Source: Octopus vulgaris (lineage: Eukaryota). Taken from it: a DNA stretch of 64,000 nt. The translations under genes and the position numbers were made by a program. The notes below the pieces were generated by a model. The model was not told the DNA's origin. It saw only the letters and a program-made list of their open reading frames with translations, and made no database searches. The stretch lies in the NCBI GenBank assembly GCA_951406725.2, contig OX597814.1:182652001-182716000 (forward strand), in the 5' to 3' direction. Positions 12,713-25,544 of this stretch are shown here, piece after piece (position 1 is the first letter of the stretch; each line of letters starts with the position of its first letter).

Positions 12713-13679
12713 AAAAGTCCACTCATATATCTGTCAATGGAGTGGGTATATTATCCGACCCCTAGTGCGAAACTGATTGGTAAAATTAGCCGCGATGGAT
12801 ATATAATACTGAACACTTCAGATAATATATATATATTTATCCTTGATGGATGTGAAACTCAGGGTAACCTCATAGACCAGACATAACTATATCTAATTAC
12901 TCTGCTGCTCTATGACTTATAGTGTGCTTCCCTTTCAGACTTATGATTTACTGACAATTATATATCTTGTTTCAGTCATTAAACTGCAGCACCACTTTGA
13001 AAGAATTTTAGTCAAAGGAATTGACCTCAGTACTTTTTTAAAAATAATATTTAAGCCTGATACTTATTCTATTGGTCACTTTTGCTGAACTGCTAATTTA
13101 TGAGTTTGTAAATATACCAACACCGGTCGGTTGTGAAGTGGTGACGGGGGACAAAGATACACACATGTATATCTATATATGACAGGCTTCTTTCAGTTTC
13201 CGCCTACCAAATCTACTCACAAGACTTTGGTCAACCCTAAGCTAAAATAGAAGGCACTTGTCCCAAGATGACAAGACTACGTTTACATTGAGGATCCTCT
13301 TAAAGGTCAATTTCTGTTTTCTGGCATTTGTCATGACTGACAATGGCCAGTTGGATTAAGGGATCCAACTTTGTTTATTTGTATGTATGTATGAATGAAT
13401 GATTTTTTAAAGTTTTATTTAAGTTCATAAGAGAGTTCAAACAGGTCGCTAACAAAGCAACAAGAATTTTTGAATTAAGAGTTCCCAATGTTTGTAAATA
13501 TGTAATTGAGTTGGTGTGTCGGTTGAGCTGTTGATGTACACATGTGAATAGTATTTGAAACTTTTCACATAAAAATCTCAGATGGAGAATTTTTGGAATG
13601 TTTTACAAATCTTCACTGTTAGTTTCTTTTGCTGTTTCATCACAAAACCTAGTATTTCTAGGTTTTTGGGTAAATTTGT

Positions 13680-13910
13680 CCCACAAGGGGCTAAACATAG
13701 AGGGGACAAACAAGGACAAATGGATTAAGTCATTTACATCAATCCCAGTGCGTAACTGGTACTTCATTTATCGACCCCGAAAGGATGAAAGGCAAAGTCG
13801 ACATCATCATCATCATCCGGCGGAATTTGAACACAGAACACAGCGGCAGGCGAAATACCACAAAGTATTATGCTTGGCGTGCTAACGTTTCTGCCAACTC
13901 GCTGTCTTAA
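13680..13910 (-). mobile_element. SINE family B
   Basis: Family B core, reverse complemented. Confidence 0.8.
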
Positions 13911-14941
13911 TGCACCTATGATAGGTACAAATGGGAATTAATAGTCAGGGTACAATGTTCTCTTTTTTTCTGGATTTTTGATTGTATATTCACATCTGCT
14001 GGGCAGTTGACCTCAACAACAGTGCATTACTTTTGTTCCCTGTCCTGCAGAACAATCTCAGGTATGTTATATTTGCACTGAACTGCTGTTTTTAAAGGTG
14101 TGAATACCTGTTGGTTCTGACATGCCTTAGATGTATACATCAGGGCAGTCCTTTCTGCACATAACATTGTAAATAGTCTTTGCAACTATATCATGCCTCA
14201 GGAGCAGATAGTGTCTCATAGACATTTTGGGGCAGTTACTGATGATGATGATGTGGGTGATATCTTCCACACTGGTATAGCAGAGCCTACATTTTTTATC
14301 GCATGGTATCTTTGTCCCTCTTGTTTATCAGGTATTTAGTAGCTATCTCCTGCTCCTGGATAGCAAAGGCAGGTTGGGTGTAATGTATCTATCGCAGGTC
14401 CGGGAGAGGCTGCTCTTATGTCATTGCTCCCTAGGTTATAGGATATGTACCTATGCATTGCTTTTTGTTGGTATGTTGTCTGCTTCGCCTCCAAGCTTCT
14501 GTTTAGGTAGGCCAGTCCAGCCTCCTTTGGATCACATGAAACAGTTATATTCTCAGAGTACCTGCGCAGCAGTTCTCCAACTCTGAAGATGTTGTTGCTC
14601 TCACCTCTGAGTATGCATGGAATGTACTTATTTCTTTCTTTACTCTTCAGCAGGTGTTGTCTGAATGAAACTGTGTGACATTCCAAGACCATATGCCTCT
14701 TCCATCATCACTTCATCTTACATAGATCCTACTGATTTCACTGTTAATGTGGAAGTTGCTTGTGGTTTCCAGTACCTTCCCAGTTTTGATGTGCAGGTTG
14801 CATATCCTGTCAAGTGTCCAGTCCAATATCCCGAATGTTGGTACTAGCACTGGCATTGCAAAGGCTATGTTAGAAAAGGTTTTGTTTAATGTAGGTATGC
14901 AAGCATACACACACACACACATATTTATATATATCTATATA

Positions 14942-16437
14942 CAGGGTGGCGCAGAGAGGACAGATGTTTTGAAAAAGTCATGAAGTCATTAATTCTAGCT
15001 GCAAACAAATTTTATTGACAGCAAAGTGTGGAAAATAACATCCATCATGTGGTGTGTTTTCATTGATGCATTTCTGAAGGCGTTCTTGGAAGTTGGCTTC
15101 CATTCTCTCCAACATTGCTCTGTCGATTTGGGTGACTTCCACACAAATAGCTTCCTTCAAATCATCCAATGTACAGGGCTTGTGTGCACACATGTGCCTT
15201 GAGGGTTTCCCCCACAAGAAATAATCACACATAGACAAATCAGGGGACTGAGAGGGTGAAGGAATGTCAGCAAACCTGGAAATGAGGCAATCACTGAAGA
15301 GAGGGTGAAGAATGTCCATTGATGCTGTGGCTGTGTGGGCCATCACCCCATCCTTCTGAAACCACACACATCAAATACGCATATGTTTTCGTCATAATTC
15401 AGGCACAAAGAAGCTGTTCATGTCAATGTAATGCTTGAAGTTCACAGTAACATTTCCATTACTGTCTTCAAAAAAGTAAGAACCAATAATGGCAATTTTT
15501 CCAACAGCACACCAGACTGTTACTTTTGGGCTATGCAGTGGTCTTTGATGCAGTTCTCTTGGATTTTCAAGAGCCCAATAACAGTTCTGTTGATTCACCA
15601 TGCCACTAAGATGAAAATGAGCTTCATCACTCATAAACTAAATGAGGTTGTCATTTGCCTCAAAAATTGCTTCCATCTGACGGGTAAAGGTAAGACGCCA
15701 TGCATAGTTCCATGGTTTTTTTAACTGTTGCCTAACGACCAACTTGTACAGGTGGAAATGCAGATCTTCGTGCAAAATGTGTCTTTCTGATACCAAGTTC
15801 AGTGGAATGTCTCTGAGCAGAGAGGTTTGGACTCCATATCAAAGCTTGTCTGACACGTTCCACATTTTCTGGGGTCTGTACCATTCGTGGTGCCCCCACC
15901 AGTCTCCTACTCATTAGCGTACATCATGTATGAAATGCATTCACCCAATGTAAGAATGTGTCACGGGTGGGAACAGCCTGATTTTGGTGAATATTGAAGT
16001 GGCACTGAAACTCACACTGAACTGCTGTAACAGACTCGATATTCTTCACGTAACTGTTGTAGGCAAACATGCGATGCTCTATTGCCCACAGCGCCATGGC
16101 TTCACCTGAAAAGATAAAAATGCTAAGACACCATGGACAGAATGGTACCTTAAGGCGGTGAGCTGGCAGAATTGTTAGCACGCCGGCTGGAATGCTTAGC
16201 AGTATTTCGTCTGCTGTTACGTTCTGAGTTCAAATTCCTCCAAGGTCAACAAATTAAGTACCAGTTACGCACTGGGGTCGATATAATCGACTTAATCCGT
16301 TAGTCTGTCCTTGTTTGTCCCCTGTGTTTAGCCCCTTGTGGGTAGTAAAGAAATAGGTACATGTCAGATGTATGTCCCTTCCACTGGGGCTGAGTAATAG
16401 CCATTTCAAAAACGTCCGTCCTCTCTGCCACACCCTG
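14942..16437 (-). mobile_element. Tc1/mariner DD41D (rosa/Visitor-type) transposon with pseudogenised transposase
   Basis: TIRs cagggtggcgcagagaggac / gtcctctctgccacaccctg with TA TSD; frameshifted ORFs with SDEAHFHLSG, WFQKDG and SPDLSMCDYFLWG; 41 residues counted between the 2nd and 3rd Asp. Confidence 0.9.
16151..16354 (+). mobile_element. SINE family B nested in the Tc1/mariner element
   Basis: Family B head and tail, with an internal deletion of the core. Confidence 0.85.
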
Positions 16438-16750
16438 TATTTGCATACAGGTTGAACCTGTTATATCTGGCTTGGGACTTGGATATTGCCAGACCATGCA
16501 ATATGGTAGAAAACAGAGATTGACCCCCCATGATAAGCCTCTCCATAGACATTAACTTTTCATCTCATTCCACATTTGTACTGATGTCTCATCAAAGCTA
16601 GAACAAAGCTTAAAACAGGAGGTATATGTGTGTGTTTTGAAAGGAAATATGTGAAGTTAGATGTTAGAAAATGACCTGAGCTGAACCAGTTCAATAGTAA
16701 CTTGGGTATTTAGAAATTTAAACCTAAATGATGAAAAAGATTCTTTAGAT

Positions 16751-17138
16751 AGGCGTTGGAGTGGCTGTGTGGTAAATAGCTTGCTTACCAACCACATGGT
16801 TCTGGGTTCAGTCCCACTACGTAGCATCTTGGGCAAGTGTCTTCTACTATAGCCTTGGGCCGACCAAAGCCTTGTGAGTGGATTTGGTAGTTTGGTAGAC
16901 GGAAACTGAAATAAGTCCGTCGTATATATGTATGTATGTGTGTGCGTTTGTCCCCTCAACATCGCTTGACAACCGATGCTGGTGTGTTTATGTCCCCGTA
17001 ACTTAGCAGTTCGGCAAAAGAGACTGATAGAATAAGTACTAGGCTTACAAAGAATAAGTCCTGGGGTCGATTTGCTTAACTAAAGGCGGTGTTCCAGCAT
17101 GGCCACAGTCAAATGACTGAAACAAGTAGAAGAGAGTA
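16751..17138 (+). mobile_element. SINE family C
   Basis: Full-length match to the other family C copies. Confidence 0.88.
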
Positions 17139-18849
17139 GATGAGCACACAAAAATGTATTTATCCTGCACGTCTCCAATAAATATGTTCCTAAAGTGCAA
17201 TAATAGTGTTAGCAGTGGTTGATTGTTGGGTGTGCCATAAGTTAGAGAGCATATGGACGAAAAGCATGAAATGAGGTGAAGTAGGAGTAAGATATAAAGG
17301 AAACCAAAGCCAAAGGGGCTAGTAGATAAGAAAAAACCACAAAACCAAACTTGACTCTTGAACCATCCCATACATACTATAACCACCGTATGTTTTATTG
17401 TCACAATTATTTCTTTCAAGAGCAGAATTGATAGTGTCAGACAAATGCTGTTATGCATTTATATGGCAGCTTGAAGAAAATCTCAAAATCAGAGCTGAAG
17501 GAATAGAAATTTTAGAAATGTTGAGAAGTGTATCATCATTTTCATTGTTACAACATGTTTGACAAATACTCAGTACAGCAGCCTGTTTTATTGAGTCTCA
17601 ATTCTGTGAGACAGTAACATCTCAGATCTGACCTAATTAGATTTTACATGGTCTATCTTTACTGCAAGTATGACAATTTCTTAGGCCACTTCATTCAAAG
17701 GTGTGTCCCTTCTATCACCAAATTGTGTGTGTTTTTTTTAAAGTTGCCTCCATATAACAATGTCTTATTTAAAAGAAAGGCAAAATTTCTAATCTACCCT
17801 TTAACTACCTGCCACCACCCCCTCACTTCTAACATTAAGAAAACAAAAACAAAACATAAATTATTGTTTCTTTTGTTATTCAGTAACCAGTAGAATCAGA
17901 TCTGTTTTTCTTTGCCATTGGTAGAACTTATCTCACACAATAATCTCCAAAGTTGCCTGCTTATGTCTTCCATATATCTCTCATATTTTGTTTTAAAATA
18001 TTCTTATTTAGCTGGTATCAGTAATTGCACTCCGACCCACAATATATGAATTCTAGCTTCTTCCAACTCTTCAATGACCTTCTTGCTGTTACCTCTAACT
18101 ATACACGCTGTACATGTAAACTCTTCACTTAGTGTAAAGTACATTAGAATAACAGTAGGAAAGACACTGAATTTGACCAAGTGGTTGTAAAAGAGTATTA
18201 GTCTATCAATTGGATATCTTGTGTGCAGAAGTTTTCTAAAATTGTAATATATTTGCAAATGTGTACGCAATAATCTAAAGCAGGACACATTTACACACAA
18301 GGAAAGTTAACAATTGTTTGAGGAAGGAGCAATATTCCCTTTAACGATTGCTGAGTGGAACTTTTGATACTTTTGAAAATATTTTTAATTCAAAGCTAGT
18401 GTGCAACATTTGAGCTCTCATGCAGTTTATCAAATACATTTGTAAATTAAAATGAGAGTAATGTTTTGATGAACATAACACTAAACAGCAACTGTTTGGC
18501 ACTGGGGAACTGTATGTTTTTGTTCTTCAGAAGAAATCAATTTTTTTTTATGTAGTTTCAGTTGTATAAATTTGTGTATTTTTATGTGAGAAGTTGACAG
18601 TAATTGTGAAACAAGTATTTGATAGGATCAGAGAGATTGCTTTTCTTTTTCCAGTAACACACAAAAGTATGTTTTCATATATTAAGTGTAAAAATTCCTA
18701 AAGAGAAAAGAGGTGACTTTGTGAGTGGAGGTATAAATCCAGAGCACCCTGTCTCAGGGTTTGAAATAGTTTCTCACTTCTTTTTTATTTAAAAAAAAAA
18801 AATCATTATATTCAGTTTTAAATATTTTTCATTCTTTTCTTTTCAGAAG

Positions 18850-21800
18850 ATGGTGGGTAATGACAGAGAGCAAAGAAGTATTCATGAAACTTCCTTATCG
18901 TGTGGAAATGTCAAGAACAATAATGAAAATTGCAAAGAAACCATTAAAAATGATTGTATTTTAATGTCAATAAAAATGGAAGAAGAAAATAGCGAAGAGG
19001 AGGAGAGTAATGATAATATCAGTAATAAATTGAAAAGTAATATCCACAAAGATAATGCAGATTCATTGAGCTATTATGCAGATTTCCTCAACAACATATT
19101 TCGATGCCAATACTGTAAGTTCAGCACTACAGATAAAGAAGAGTTAAACAAACATCGTTCTGTTCACAGTAAAGAAAAACAGCACAAGTGCAGCCAGTGT
19201 GATTATGAATGCCATTATCGTGCTGACCTTATTCGACACTGTGCAAAACATTCAGATGAGAAACGTTATAAGTGTCCCCACTGTGATTTTGCCACAAAGT
19301 GGCGCCGTAATGTACGGCATCATCTTCTGAAACATACCAATGAACGGCCTTACCAATGTCAGATATGTGAATTCAGTTTCAAACGCCTACAAGACCTCAA
19401 ATATCACATGTATCGACATAATGATGAGAAGCCAATAAAATGTGATGAATGCGAATTCTGTTGTAAGACAAATTATGAACTCAAGTGCCACAAACTAAAA
19501 CACAGTGATGTACGCCGATTTCCATGCACATTTGAAGGTTGCACCCAGCAATGTAAAACCAAATCTGACCTTACTAAGCATCTTAAGACTCACAATGGTG
19601 AGAAAAATCACATCTGTTCTTTATGTGGGAAAGGTTTTACAACAGCCGGTTGTCTTAATAAGCATGTTCAGCGTCACGATACACGTAAGCAATTTATCTG
19701 CCATTTGTGTCTGAAGAAATTTAAATCCAAAGCTAGCTTAAAAAACCATCTTAAAATTCATGAAGGAATTCGCCCGTTTGTTTGTGATATCTGTGAAAAA
19801 TCTTTCACTAATAAATACAATATGATGAAACATCAAGAGACACATGGTGACAACCGTCCATTTCGCTGTCCTATCTGTCCTTACGGAGCACGATCGAGTG
19901 AACATCTTTTAGCACACATTGGCTCTATGCATGGTCATTCTTATGCTTACTTCTGTGAACTCTGTAAGAAACCATTCCGTCGTCATGGCCAGTTACGTAT
20001 ACATCTTAAGAGAATGCACAAAGGAAGTAAAGAGGCCACAGCTGCAGCAGATTTTACTCACAATTCTACATCTTCACTACCCATTTCTAGATCTGAAAAT
20101 GCAAAAAATACTTGTGATAAGCTTCCTGTCTCAAAATCTAATAATGAAAACAAGTATTTAAACTCAAAGAAAACTGATGCTTTATCATCTAACATTACAA
20201 AGCAGTCTTGTTTATCTTCAACAAAACCTGTAGAAAACAAATCTGCTATTGATGTTGCTAAGACTGAACAAGCAAGTAATTTAGATAGTAAGTGTCCTCC
20301 TGCTAGTGAGGACTCTAAATCTGGTATTAAAAATGGTGATGATGATGGTATTCAGCATGTAGCTATAGAGACTACTGAATTAAAACCTACTAAGAAACAG
20401 AAAAATGATTCTAAGAAATATGTTGAAGGTTTTCATTTACCTCTTGCAACAAAGGGTTTCACATTTAATTTTGAAAAAAAGGGTAAGAAACCTCGTTCTT
20501 GGTTTATGGATCCCAATTATATGCCTGCTGATGCTGCTGAGAAACAGAAAGCCTACCTCAACCGCAAAGCAAAATTATCAAAACTGAAAAAGTCAGAGGC
20601 AAAAGAGAAGATGAAACAGCAGAAGAAGTTAAAGATTGATGACAAACCCAAACAATCAGTTATTGTTCAAAAAACTGGATTGGTTAAAGCCAGCAAAAAG
20701 AAGGTAAAACTTGTGAAAAACCTGAATACAAAAAAAATGTTAAGAAAAAAAAATAAGTCAAAAAGTTTAAAAAAGTGTATTCCTTTAACCGAAGGATGCA
20801 AAGTAAAGATAGAATCATTGAGGTCTGATTTTGAAGATGATGTTTGCTGGGAAAATAAATTAATAATAAACAACAAAAACAATCAGATGGTTAAAAGTGT
20901 CACTGATGAAATATATACACCTTATCAAGATATTCATCCTGAACTTTCAATCCCAACCAAGATCAAACAGGAACCAACAGATGATCCTGGTGATATTTTA
21001 AACATAGAAATGCCTTCAAGTCCTGTAAAAACTGTTCTTTTTGAAACTCTTTTGAAGTCAGAGACTGGTGAATTTAGCACGGATTTAACAGAATCTGTGT
21101 CAACAGAAAGCAAAATTGGTGAGATGACAGAAACATCTGCTGATTATTGTGATAATAAAAGTTTGCCCTGCAACAACAGATTGGAATCTTCTAACCAGCT
21201 ACAAATAACTTCAGATGGGACAACTAAAGATAACACAAGTCCTTTGTCGCCTTCAGGAGTATTTAAATTAGAAAATCTGTCCATACGAAAAACTGATTCA
21301 AATAAAACTATGCTAGTCTACACTATTTCTCAAGAAATTGCAGATACATGTCAGTCTTCGAGTTCAGATCTTCAAATAACTGAACTATTTAGCAGCTCAA
21401 CTGGTCCTGGAGAAACTGTTATTAAACAGGAACCAATTCAGCTTGATAATTACTCTCTTACTAACCAAATAAATTCTTCTTTTAGTTTAAACCCTAACAT
21501 AAACATTAAAATGGATAAAAATGAGCCCTTTCTTTTTGATCAAGAAAAACTCAATAGTAGTATAACCTCTCCATCCCAAACACTTGCTCCTTTATCTGAG
21601 TCTAATCAAAATAATCAGGACAAGGAACTAAATGATCCTGTATCTTCTGAAAATGTAGGTGGATTTGAAATAATAGATTCTCATACAAATAATAAATATT
21701 ATATCAAACCCTTTACCACACCAAATAGTGATAAAACAATTTCTCTTGCCAACAACCTTACAAATGATTTTAGCTTAGATGGTTACTATGAAAAAATAGC

Positions 21801-22821
21801 CACTGTAGAAGGGATTCAAGATGGGAAATTAACCTTGTCTCATAGTTTCAATTTAGATCCATCCAAATCCTTGTCCACGTTAGACAAAAATGTCCACAAC
21901 AACTGTGATTCTCTTTCAAACTCTGTGTCTTCAACTTCAACAATGGAAAACTTTTACAGTACTGAATCTGTGATTTCCCAAGAAGTACTTCCTAATCATT
22001 CACCTACCTCAAATTCGTCAGTTTTATCTCTACAGAAGTTGGATTGTGATGATGTAACATTACCAGTTACTGTCACTGAAAAAGAGATGAGTCTGTCTGA
22101 AAGAGATCCATTTCAGTTTTCTTCTAATTTGGATTTTGGCCACCCCAAGTATCATCAGTTTCTACAGACTCATAACTCCTTCCATGATACGTCTAAGTGC
22201 AATGATTCTAACATTCTAAGAGTACCTCATATTAATTTGTCAAATAAAACTGAAAAGGGCTCTGATTTAGTTTACCCACCAACATTTCATTCTTCTAGCA
22301 TATTAGAGGCAGTAGAAGCTAACCAGCAAGTAAGAACATCTGCTAATAGTATGGCTTTTAATTCTGAAAGCAATGAAATAAGCACTAAATGTCCTGTTTT
22401 GTTGTCAACACTAAACAGTCAATTTTTTGTTAATGAACCTTTTAAAGAAACGTCAGAGAAACTTGGAACAACCACAACAAATAACATCTTACCTAAACCT
22501 CCATCTGATGAGGCCCAAGCTTTGTATGAATATGAAATGGAATTTGATGAAAAAAGTATTCTTCGGGATAACATCAACATTACTATGCTTGGTTCCTATT
22601 CTTCTGAACCTCAGGAAAAAACAAATCCATTTTCAGTATTTTCTTGTACAAATGAAAATAATAATTTGCTTGAAATGACAGTCAATTCTGATCTAAACGA
22701 CAATGTTGGTCATAAGCCTGTATGCAATGATGTAAACTTAATATCAGCTAAACCAGAACTTGACTGGGATTCTGAAGACAATTTGACTCAAAATTATATT
22801 CTACTAAATCCGAGTTGCTGA
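18850..22821 (+). CDS. C2H2 zinc-finger protein, 1323 aa, 11 tandem N-terminal fingers and a long low-complexity C-terminus
   Basis: Uninterrupted 3972-bp ORF; 11 CxxC..H..H units counted; pyrimidine tract and AG acceptor at 18846 just before the ATG; AATAAA at 23177. Confidence 0.96.
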   Translation: MVGNDREQRSIHETSLSCGNVKNNNENCKETIKNDCILMSIKMEEENSEEEESNDNISNKLKSNIHKDNADSLSYYADFLNNIFRCQYCKFSTTDKEELNKHRSVHSKEKQHKCSQCDYECHYRADLIRHCAKHSDEKRYKCPHCDFATKWRRNVRHHLLKHTNERPYQCQICEFSFKRLQDLKYHMYRHNDEKPIKCDECEFCCKTNYELKCHKLKHSDVRRFPCTFEGCTQQCKTKSDLTKHLKTHNGEKNHICSLCGKGFTTAGCLNKHVQRHDTRKQFICHLCLKKFKSKASLKNHLKIHEGIRPFVCDICEKSFTNKYNMMKHQETHGDNRPFRCPICPYGARSSEHLLAHIGSMHGHSYAYFCELCKKPFRRHGQLRIHLKRMHKGSKEATAAADFTHNSTSSLPISRSENAKNTCDKLPVSKSNNENKYLNSKKTDALSSNITKQSCLSSTKPVENKSAIDVAKTEQASNLDSKCPPASEDSKSGIKNGDDDGIQHVAIETTELKPTKKQKNDSKKYVEGFHLPLATKGFTFNFEKKGKKPRSWFMDPNYMPADAAEKQKAYLNRKAKLSKLKKSEAKEKMKQQKKLKIDDKPKQSVIVQKTGLVKASKKKVKLVKNLNTKKMLRKKNKSKSLKKCIPLTEGCKVKIESLRSDFEDDVCWENKLIINNKNNQMVKSVTDEIYTPYQDIHPELSIPTKIKQEPTDDPGDILNIEMPSSPVKTVLFETLLKSETGEFSTDLTESVSTESKIGEMTETSADYCDNKSLPCNNRLESSNQLQITSDGTTKDNTSPLSPSGVFKLENLSIRKTDSNKTMLVYTISQEIADTCQSSSSDLQITELFSSSTGPGETVIKQEPIQLDNYSLTNQINSSFSLNPNINIKMDKNEPFLFDQEKLNSSITSPSQTLAPLSESNQNNQDKELNDPVSSENVGGFEIIDSHTNNKYYIKPFTTPNSDKTISLANNLTNDFSLDGYYEKIATVEGIQDGKLTLSHSFNLDPSKSLSTLDKNVHNNCDSLSNSVSSTSTMENFYSTESVISQEVLPNHSPTSNSSVLSLQKLDCDDVTLPVTVTEKEMSLSERDPFQFSSNLDFGHPKYHQFLQTHNSFHDTSKCNDSNILRVPHINLSNKTEKGSDLVYPPTFHSSSILEAVEANQQVRTSANSMAFNSESNEISTKCPVLLSTLNSQFFVNEPFKETSEKLGTTTTNNILPKPPSDEAQALYEYEMEFDEKSILRDNINITMLGSYSSEPQEKTNPFSVFSCTNENNNLLEMTVNSDLNDNVGHKPVCNDVNLISAKPELDWDSEDNLTQNYILLNPSC

Positions 22822-24957
22822 TTATTTTTTTAGTCAAATTTATCAGTCAGAGAGAAATTTCATTTACATGCTATTTTGATTCAAGACAAAAATAAGGAAA
22901 TTTTGATTGATTTTTGCAACAGTGAATGAAGAAAAATCTTTTTATATCAGAGAAATTAAAAAGAAATGTGTATAACTTATAAGGCACTTAAAAATATTTT
23001 TGTCCTCCCGTTTTTTAAGAATATCTATTGTATTCATGAGTTCAATGATATTCAAGAAGCTGTTTTCTTAATTGTCCACATCTTTATAGATTTGATTTCA
23101 AGAAAGAATTTTCTGCCTGAATTATGGCTTACAAGAGTAAAATATTTATTGAATAACAATGTTTCATTGTTTTATTAATAAAATTATTTTTTGGAAGTAC
23201 ATGCAGTTTTCATTGTATGAATTGAAGTTATTTTGAAGCATTTGATATACAAATTATAAAAGAAAAAAACCTATTTTTGAAATAATGAAAATTATATTTT
23301 AAGTACCTAAAGTTTTATTATTAAAGACATACAAAGGTTAGTTAAAAGTTTAGTCTTTAGTCATGTTTATTATTACAATAGTTGATAGTTTCATATTTTT
23401 ATTTAGCTATTTCATATTTTCTTTGTAAGTCTAAAGTGGCATTTCTATCTGTAGTTATTTACTTTGTTAAACACAAATTTGTGTGAAATAAGTATTTTAC
23501 TTTTATCATCAGCTGAATTTTTCTCAGCTTTTCACACCTTAACACACATCCGCACATTTCTCTTTGATTAGACGGAAGATATGGACATAAATATTCTTTT
23601 CTACTCTAGGCACAAGGCCTGAAATTCGGGGGGAGGGAGCTAGTCGATTAGATCAACCCCAGTACACAACTGGTACTTAATTTATCAACCCTGAAAGGAT
23701 GAAAGGCAAAGTCTTAATTATTTCACTATTTTACTGTATCACATATGTATTAGCTTAAACCTACTTTTGACAGACCACAAATCATTCATATTAATAACAA
23801 GAACAGTAACTTTTCCTGCCATCATTGTCATTAATTAAGCAGTCTTCTAATTTTTCTTTACTTTTTGCATCCATTTTTCCAAAGTTCCCATACTAAAATT
23901 GTTAAGTTGTTGGTGCATTTGTTTTTACAGCTTGACGATGCCCTTTTTATTTTCAACCACTCAATCATGAAGTATGAATGGAATCCAGTTTTTTGCTCAT
24001 TCAGGCAAACAGGGCACAATACAATGACTATAGTAAGATCTAAACTTATGGTTATGTCATCAGTAGTTCATCTCCATAACCCTTTCATTACTGTATTTCT
24101 GTTGAGATGCTCTGTGTTTATTTCAATTAATTTTAAATTTAGTAAAATAACTTGGTTATTATTAAGGTAGTGTTAGGAACATAGATTGTGACTAAGGTTG
24201 GTGGAAGATTTTTATTCAGGACTTATGAAAACAAGACATTTATACTACAGAGCCAGAGCCGGTTTGGTATCAAAAGGGTTAATCTACCAGCTAAATAAGA
24301 GAAACAACCTATAGTTTCAACTAAACTATTACTATAGTCTGTACTGTTAGGATATAGCATGGCTATTTGATTTGAAAGATCAGTCGATGCACCATTGAAA
24401 TTAGTTTACTATTTCTTCGTTCAAAACAGGTTTATATCTGTTCTGCACATATTAGATATAATACCTCCTCTGTATTGCTCTTATTAAACTGTACTTTGTA
24501 ACAAAGTCAGTGATTCAACTTTTGTAGATCTTAACCATTAAATATTACTTGTATCCAAGTTTACTGTGTAGGAGTTTCAAGTTCATTATTTCTAGTCTCA
24601 AAATTATTGCACTTCTGTTGATTAACAAAATAGATAATCTCTAAGCCTTTCCAGAAATACCAACTCATAAACGCCTTTCAACAGGATTTAAATTTCAGGG
24701 TATAGGAAATGAAATAAGAATTGAGTTTCAAAAGAACTACAAGCTTCACAATCAGTGTTTAAATAGATGTTCTAAGTAGGATATCTATAAAGCTCAAAAT
24801 GTTTTAATAAAGTAATGCTACCTTTATTTTTAACATTAGTAATCTATTTTAACTCAAAATATTAATTTAAAAAGGAAAACATTTCAAAATCTTTATATAA
24901 TTATTAACTACAACAATAACACAAAAATAATTGAATAATAACCATTTAAAAAATATA

Positions 24958-25075
24958 TTAAATCTTTTCTGTTTTTTCATTTAAGTGAACTGAGATCATT
25001 GATGATAGCATTAAAAGCTGGATTATATATCTCTCTTTAGATGCTTGAACTTCAGGCTCTCTTTCAAGAGAATTA
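24958..25075 (-). CDS. Unassigned minus-strand gene, candidate last coding exon (NSLEREPEVQASKERYIIQLLMLSSMISVHLNEKTEKI*)
   Basis: tattcttttcAG acceptor; phase 2 entry is compatible with either upstream candidate exon. Confidence 0.45.
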
Positions 25076-25544
25076 CTGAAAAGAATAATACAGCAAAAAA
25101 GGAAGGATTGATAATTCATTTTATATAAAATGGTTTTATTCAAGTTACTTTTTTTTATATAATGAATTATTGTTGTTATGAGTGTAGAGCAGAGGTCCAT
25201 ATAAGATTTTTGAAGTCCGCAAAACAAAAGAGTAAATTGGGGATCCACAAAAATATTTTAAGGGCCTCTGAAAAAGTTATGCATTAGACGTATGAATTGG
25301 TGTGAATTGCAAGAAACAGCTAGGTTTTTTCTCTCTAACATTTTACATAGTTCAACCTACACAAGTTAATGTATGGAAAGCAAAATAAGAATTTTGAAAG
25401 AAGTTTCTATAGAACTAATTTGTAAATAATGAATGGCTGTGTGGGTCCAACAAAATAAGATAGTAATCAAAGGGGGTCCGTAGATAAAAATGGTTGAGAA
25501 TGCCTAGTGTAAAGTATATATATCTTGAAATCATAATGACCACA

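Larger units (their letters stand above)
13920..16560 (-). mobile_element. Decayed R4/Dong-clade non-LTR retrotransposon, split by a Tc1/mariner insertion
   Basis: Minus-strand peptides PVLVPTFGILDWT...KTGKVL...NFHINSEISRIY...DGRG and a CCHC knuckle CRLCYTSVEDITHI..SNC..RHDIVAK; continues at 16440-16560. Confidence 0.7.

Noticed and set aside
19505-22678. Short alternative-frame and antisense ORFs within the ZNF gene
   Set aside because: Expected by-products of a long coding exon; no independent evidence.
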